From Mobula hypostoma (Eukaryota): a DNA stretch of 64,000 nucleotides. The DNA lies in NCBI RefSeq assembly GCF_963921235.1, contig NC_086097.1, positions 195,612,001 through 195,676,000 on the forward strand, written 5' to 3'. Every line of letters starts with the position of its first letter. The first letter of the stretch is position 1. Positions 61,860-64,000 of this stretch are shown piece by piece. The notes beneath the pieces were generated by a model, which saw nothing but the letters and a program-made list of their open reading frames with translations, made no database searches and was not told the origin of the DNA. The position numbers were made by a program, and so were the translations under genes.

Positions 61860-62628
61860 GCAACATAGATAAAAAATGCTGGTGAACACAGCAGTCCAGG
61901 CAGCATCTCTCGGAAGAGGTACAGACGACGTTTCGGGCCGAGACCCTTCGTCAGGACTAACTGAAGGAAGACTTAGTAAGAGATTTAAAAGTGGAAGGGG
62001 GAGGGGGAGATCCAAAATAATAGGAGAAGGCAGGAGGGGAACGGATGGAGCTGAGAGCTGGAAAGTTGATTGGCAACAGGGATATGAGCGGATCATGGGA
62101 CAGGAGGCCTAGGGAGAAAGAAAGGGGGAGGGGGGAAGCCCAGAAGATGGACAAGGAGTATAGTCAGAGGGACAGAGGGAGAAAAAGGAGAGAGAGAGAA
62201 AAAAATTAATAATAAATAAATAAATAACGGATAGGGTACGAAGGGGAGGTGGGGCATTAACGGAAGTTAGAGAAGTCAATGTTCGTGCCATCAGGTTGGA
62301 GGCTACCCAAACGGAATATAAGGTGTTATTCCTCCAACCTGAGTGTGGCTTCATCTTGACAGTAGAGGAGGCCATGGACAGACATATCAGAAGGGGAATG
62401 GGACGTGGAATTAAATGTGTGGCCACTGGGAGATCCTGCTTTCTCAGGCAGACAGAGCGTAGGTGTTCAGCGAAACGATCTCCCAGTCTGCATCGGGGCA
62501 TGTGTAGCACTTGTTCCACTTACAAGGATAAGTGCCAGGAAGGAGATCGGTGGAAAGGGATGGGGGGGATGAATGGACAAGGGAGTCGCATAGGGAGCGA
62601 TCCCTGCAGAAAGCAGCGAGGGGGGGAG
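61860..62628 (-). mobile_element. 5'-truncated Penelope-like element (GIY-YIG region with internal deletion, UTR, pLTR)
   Basis: GTYPCKWNKCYTCP / RLGDRFAEHLRSV..LPVATH / HLIFRLGSLQPDG; TSD GATATTCCAT (61850-61859) / GATGTTCCAT (62629-62638). Confidence 0.92.
61922..61959 (-). ncRNA. Minimal type-I hammerhead ribozyme motif
   Basis: TAGTC-CTGACGA-A-GGGT-CTCG-GCCC-GAAA-CGTC-GTCTG; intact core and GUC site, one stem I mismatch. Confidence 0.78.
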
Positions 62629-63854
62629 GATGTTCCATTATCCCTGGAAAATAAAGGAAGAAGAATGAGAACAAAGGAGAGAGAAATAATAACAAATTGC
62701 ACTATGAAATACAAAACACAGTGGTTGCTGGAAATCTGAAATAAAAGATAACGCTAGAAATTCTCACTCAGTTATACAGCATCTGTTGAGAGAAAATGAT
62801 GTTAACAGTACAGGTTTTTAACTTCTAATCAGAACTGGCCAGTTGTTCTGAATTTGCTGTCTTTAGGTGAACTGTGCTTGGTTTAACCATCTCTCATTTA
62901 AATAAGTAGCAAGCATCTTCTCTCAGGAGAAAACTGAGTCTTGAGGGGGCAGAAAAATTGATGGAAATTTGGCAACCTAAAGCATTAGCTCTGTTTTTCG
63001 CTGCACAAATTCTACTTGACATATTGAGTATTTCCAGCAATTTTTGTTTTTTGTTATTTCAATGTTTATATTGCAAATTTCTAATTTCTATTGGATCTTG
63101 CTTTTATAAGCATGCCTGTAACTTATGTGAAGACAATAGGATGGATCATTTCTAACGCCAGGCATATTCTGGTGTCCTGATGGAAGAGTTGGTTTTGTGC
63201 AGTGGTAATGGGTGAGACTGGTGTTGCCAACTTCTGCCCAGCTGCTGTTCTGGTGGACCCCTCATGGCATTCAAGGAGCTCCTGCAGGTTCCCTGGCACT
63301 TGGGCTGGGAAATCTTCCCACTCATACTTTGCTTGGTTTAACCTGTTCTCACTTAAATGAAGAAAAGGCATCAGCTCCGAGGAGAAAAGTGAGTAATTAT
63401 CTCTTCACTTAATTTAGTTTAAATGATTTTAATTGATTCTCTGTGTGCGGCTGTGCTTTTAGCTTCCAAAAATCTAACAAAATTTTTCAATTATTTGAAC
63501 CATTTTTTTAAACATGCCTTGAGTGAAATGTTTGTGAATATCAAACATCAAGCTTTAACAGTTCATGAATTATGGTAGGGATGGTGCCTGACTGCTGGTG
63601 AAAGCCTTTTTGTAAGTGCACTTTGGAATTACAAGGGCTGTCTGCAGAGAGTCTGGCCAGGGAGCCGAACTGTTACAAACAGCACAGCACAGGGGCAGAT
63701 GGCCTGTGATTTTGGGCAACAGAAATTTTGTCCCTATTTATACAGCAAGTCAGGTGAACAGAAATTGTAAATGTTGTGACTTTTTCCATGCTTTACTTGG
63801 GAATCCCTTAGAATCTCATTCCTGCCTGTGGCCATCAAACTTTACAAATCCTCC

Positions 63855-64000
63855 CTTGGAGGGTCAGACACCCTGAGCCAATAGGCTCGTCCTGGACTTA
63901 TTTCCTGGCATAATTTACATATTACTATTTAATTATTTATGGTTTTATTACTACTTAATTATTTATGGTGCAATTGTAACCAAAAGCAATTTCCCTCGGG
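63855..64000 (+). mobile_element. Probable Rex/Babar-type 3' UTR running off the window end
   Basis: AT-rich UTR ending GCAATTTCCCTCGGG, a motif typical just before such LINE tails. Confidence 0.4.

Noticed and set aside
849..61959. CRISPR-like repeats or a prokaryotic retron/defence system
   Set aside because: The repeats are dispersed, on both strands, have TSDs and no spacers; all RTs are eukaryotic retrotransposon types
63123..63412. GC-richer stretch with 82 and 66 aa ORFs as a host exon
   Set aside because: No recognisable protein motif and no convincing acceptor/donor pair; cannot be supported from sequence alone

Overview
This window is eukaryotic, not prokaryotic. It is repeat-dense intergenic or intronic DNA, and its repeat mix (many CR1 subfamilies, HE1-like V-SINEs, Deu-SINE, Rex1/Babar, Penelope-like elements) points by inference to a cartilaginous fish, probably a ray. 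I found no intact host protein-coding gene, rRNA, true tRNA or CRISPR array. Every ORF I could recognise is a fragment of a transposable element: CR1, Rex1/Babar, L2, RTE, an R4/Dong-clade LINE with restriction-like endonuclease, Gypsy, Penelope-like GIY-YIG elements, PIF/Harbinger, plus non-coding hAT-type MITE and SINE copies. Many are nested and keep readable target-site duplications (TSDs). The most interesting hidden structure is a family of minimal type-I hammerhead ribozyme motifs (CUGANGA...GAAA-CGUC, with covarying stem II) in the pseudo-LTRs (pLTRs) of Penelope-like elements. There are seven clear copies. Four are 90-150 bp solo insertions with their own TSDs whose 5' boundary lies at or just upstream of the ribozyme. 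Other notable items: a TAA-targeting R4/Dong LINE sitting in the TTA tail of an L2, SINE/LINE tail sharing, non-coding LINE-mobilised elements, and a triple nesting SINE>MITE>LINE. Family assignments come from recognising motifs by eye, not from database searches, and boundaries of old copies are approximate.
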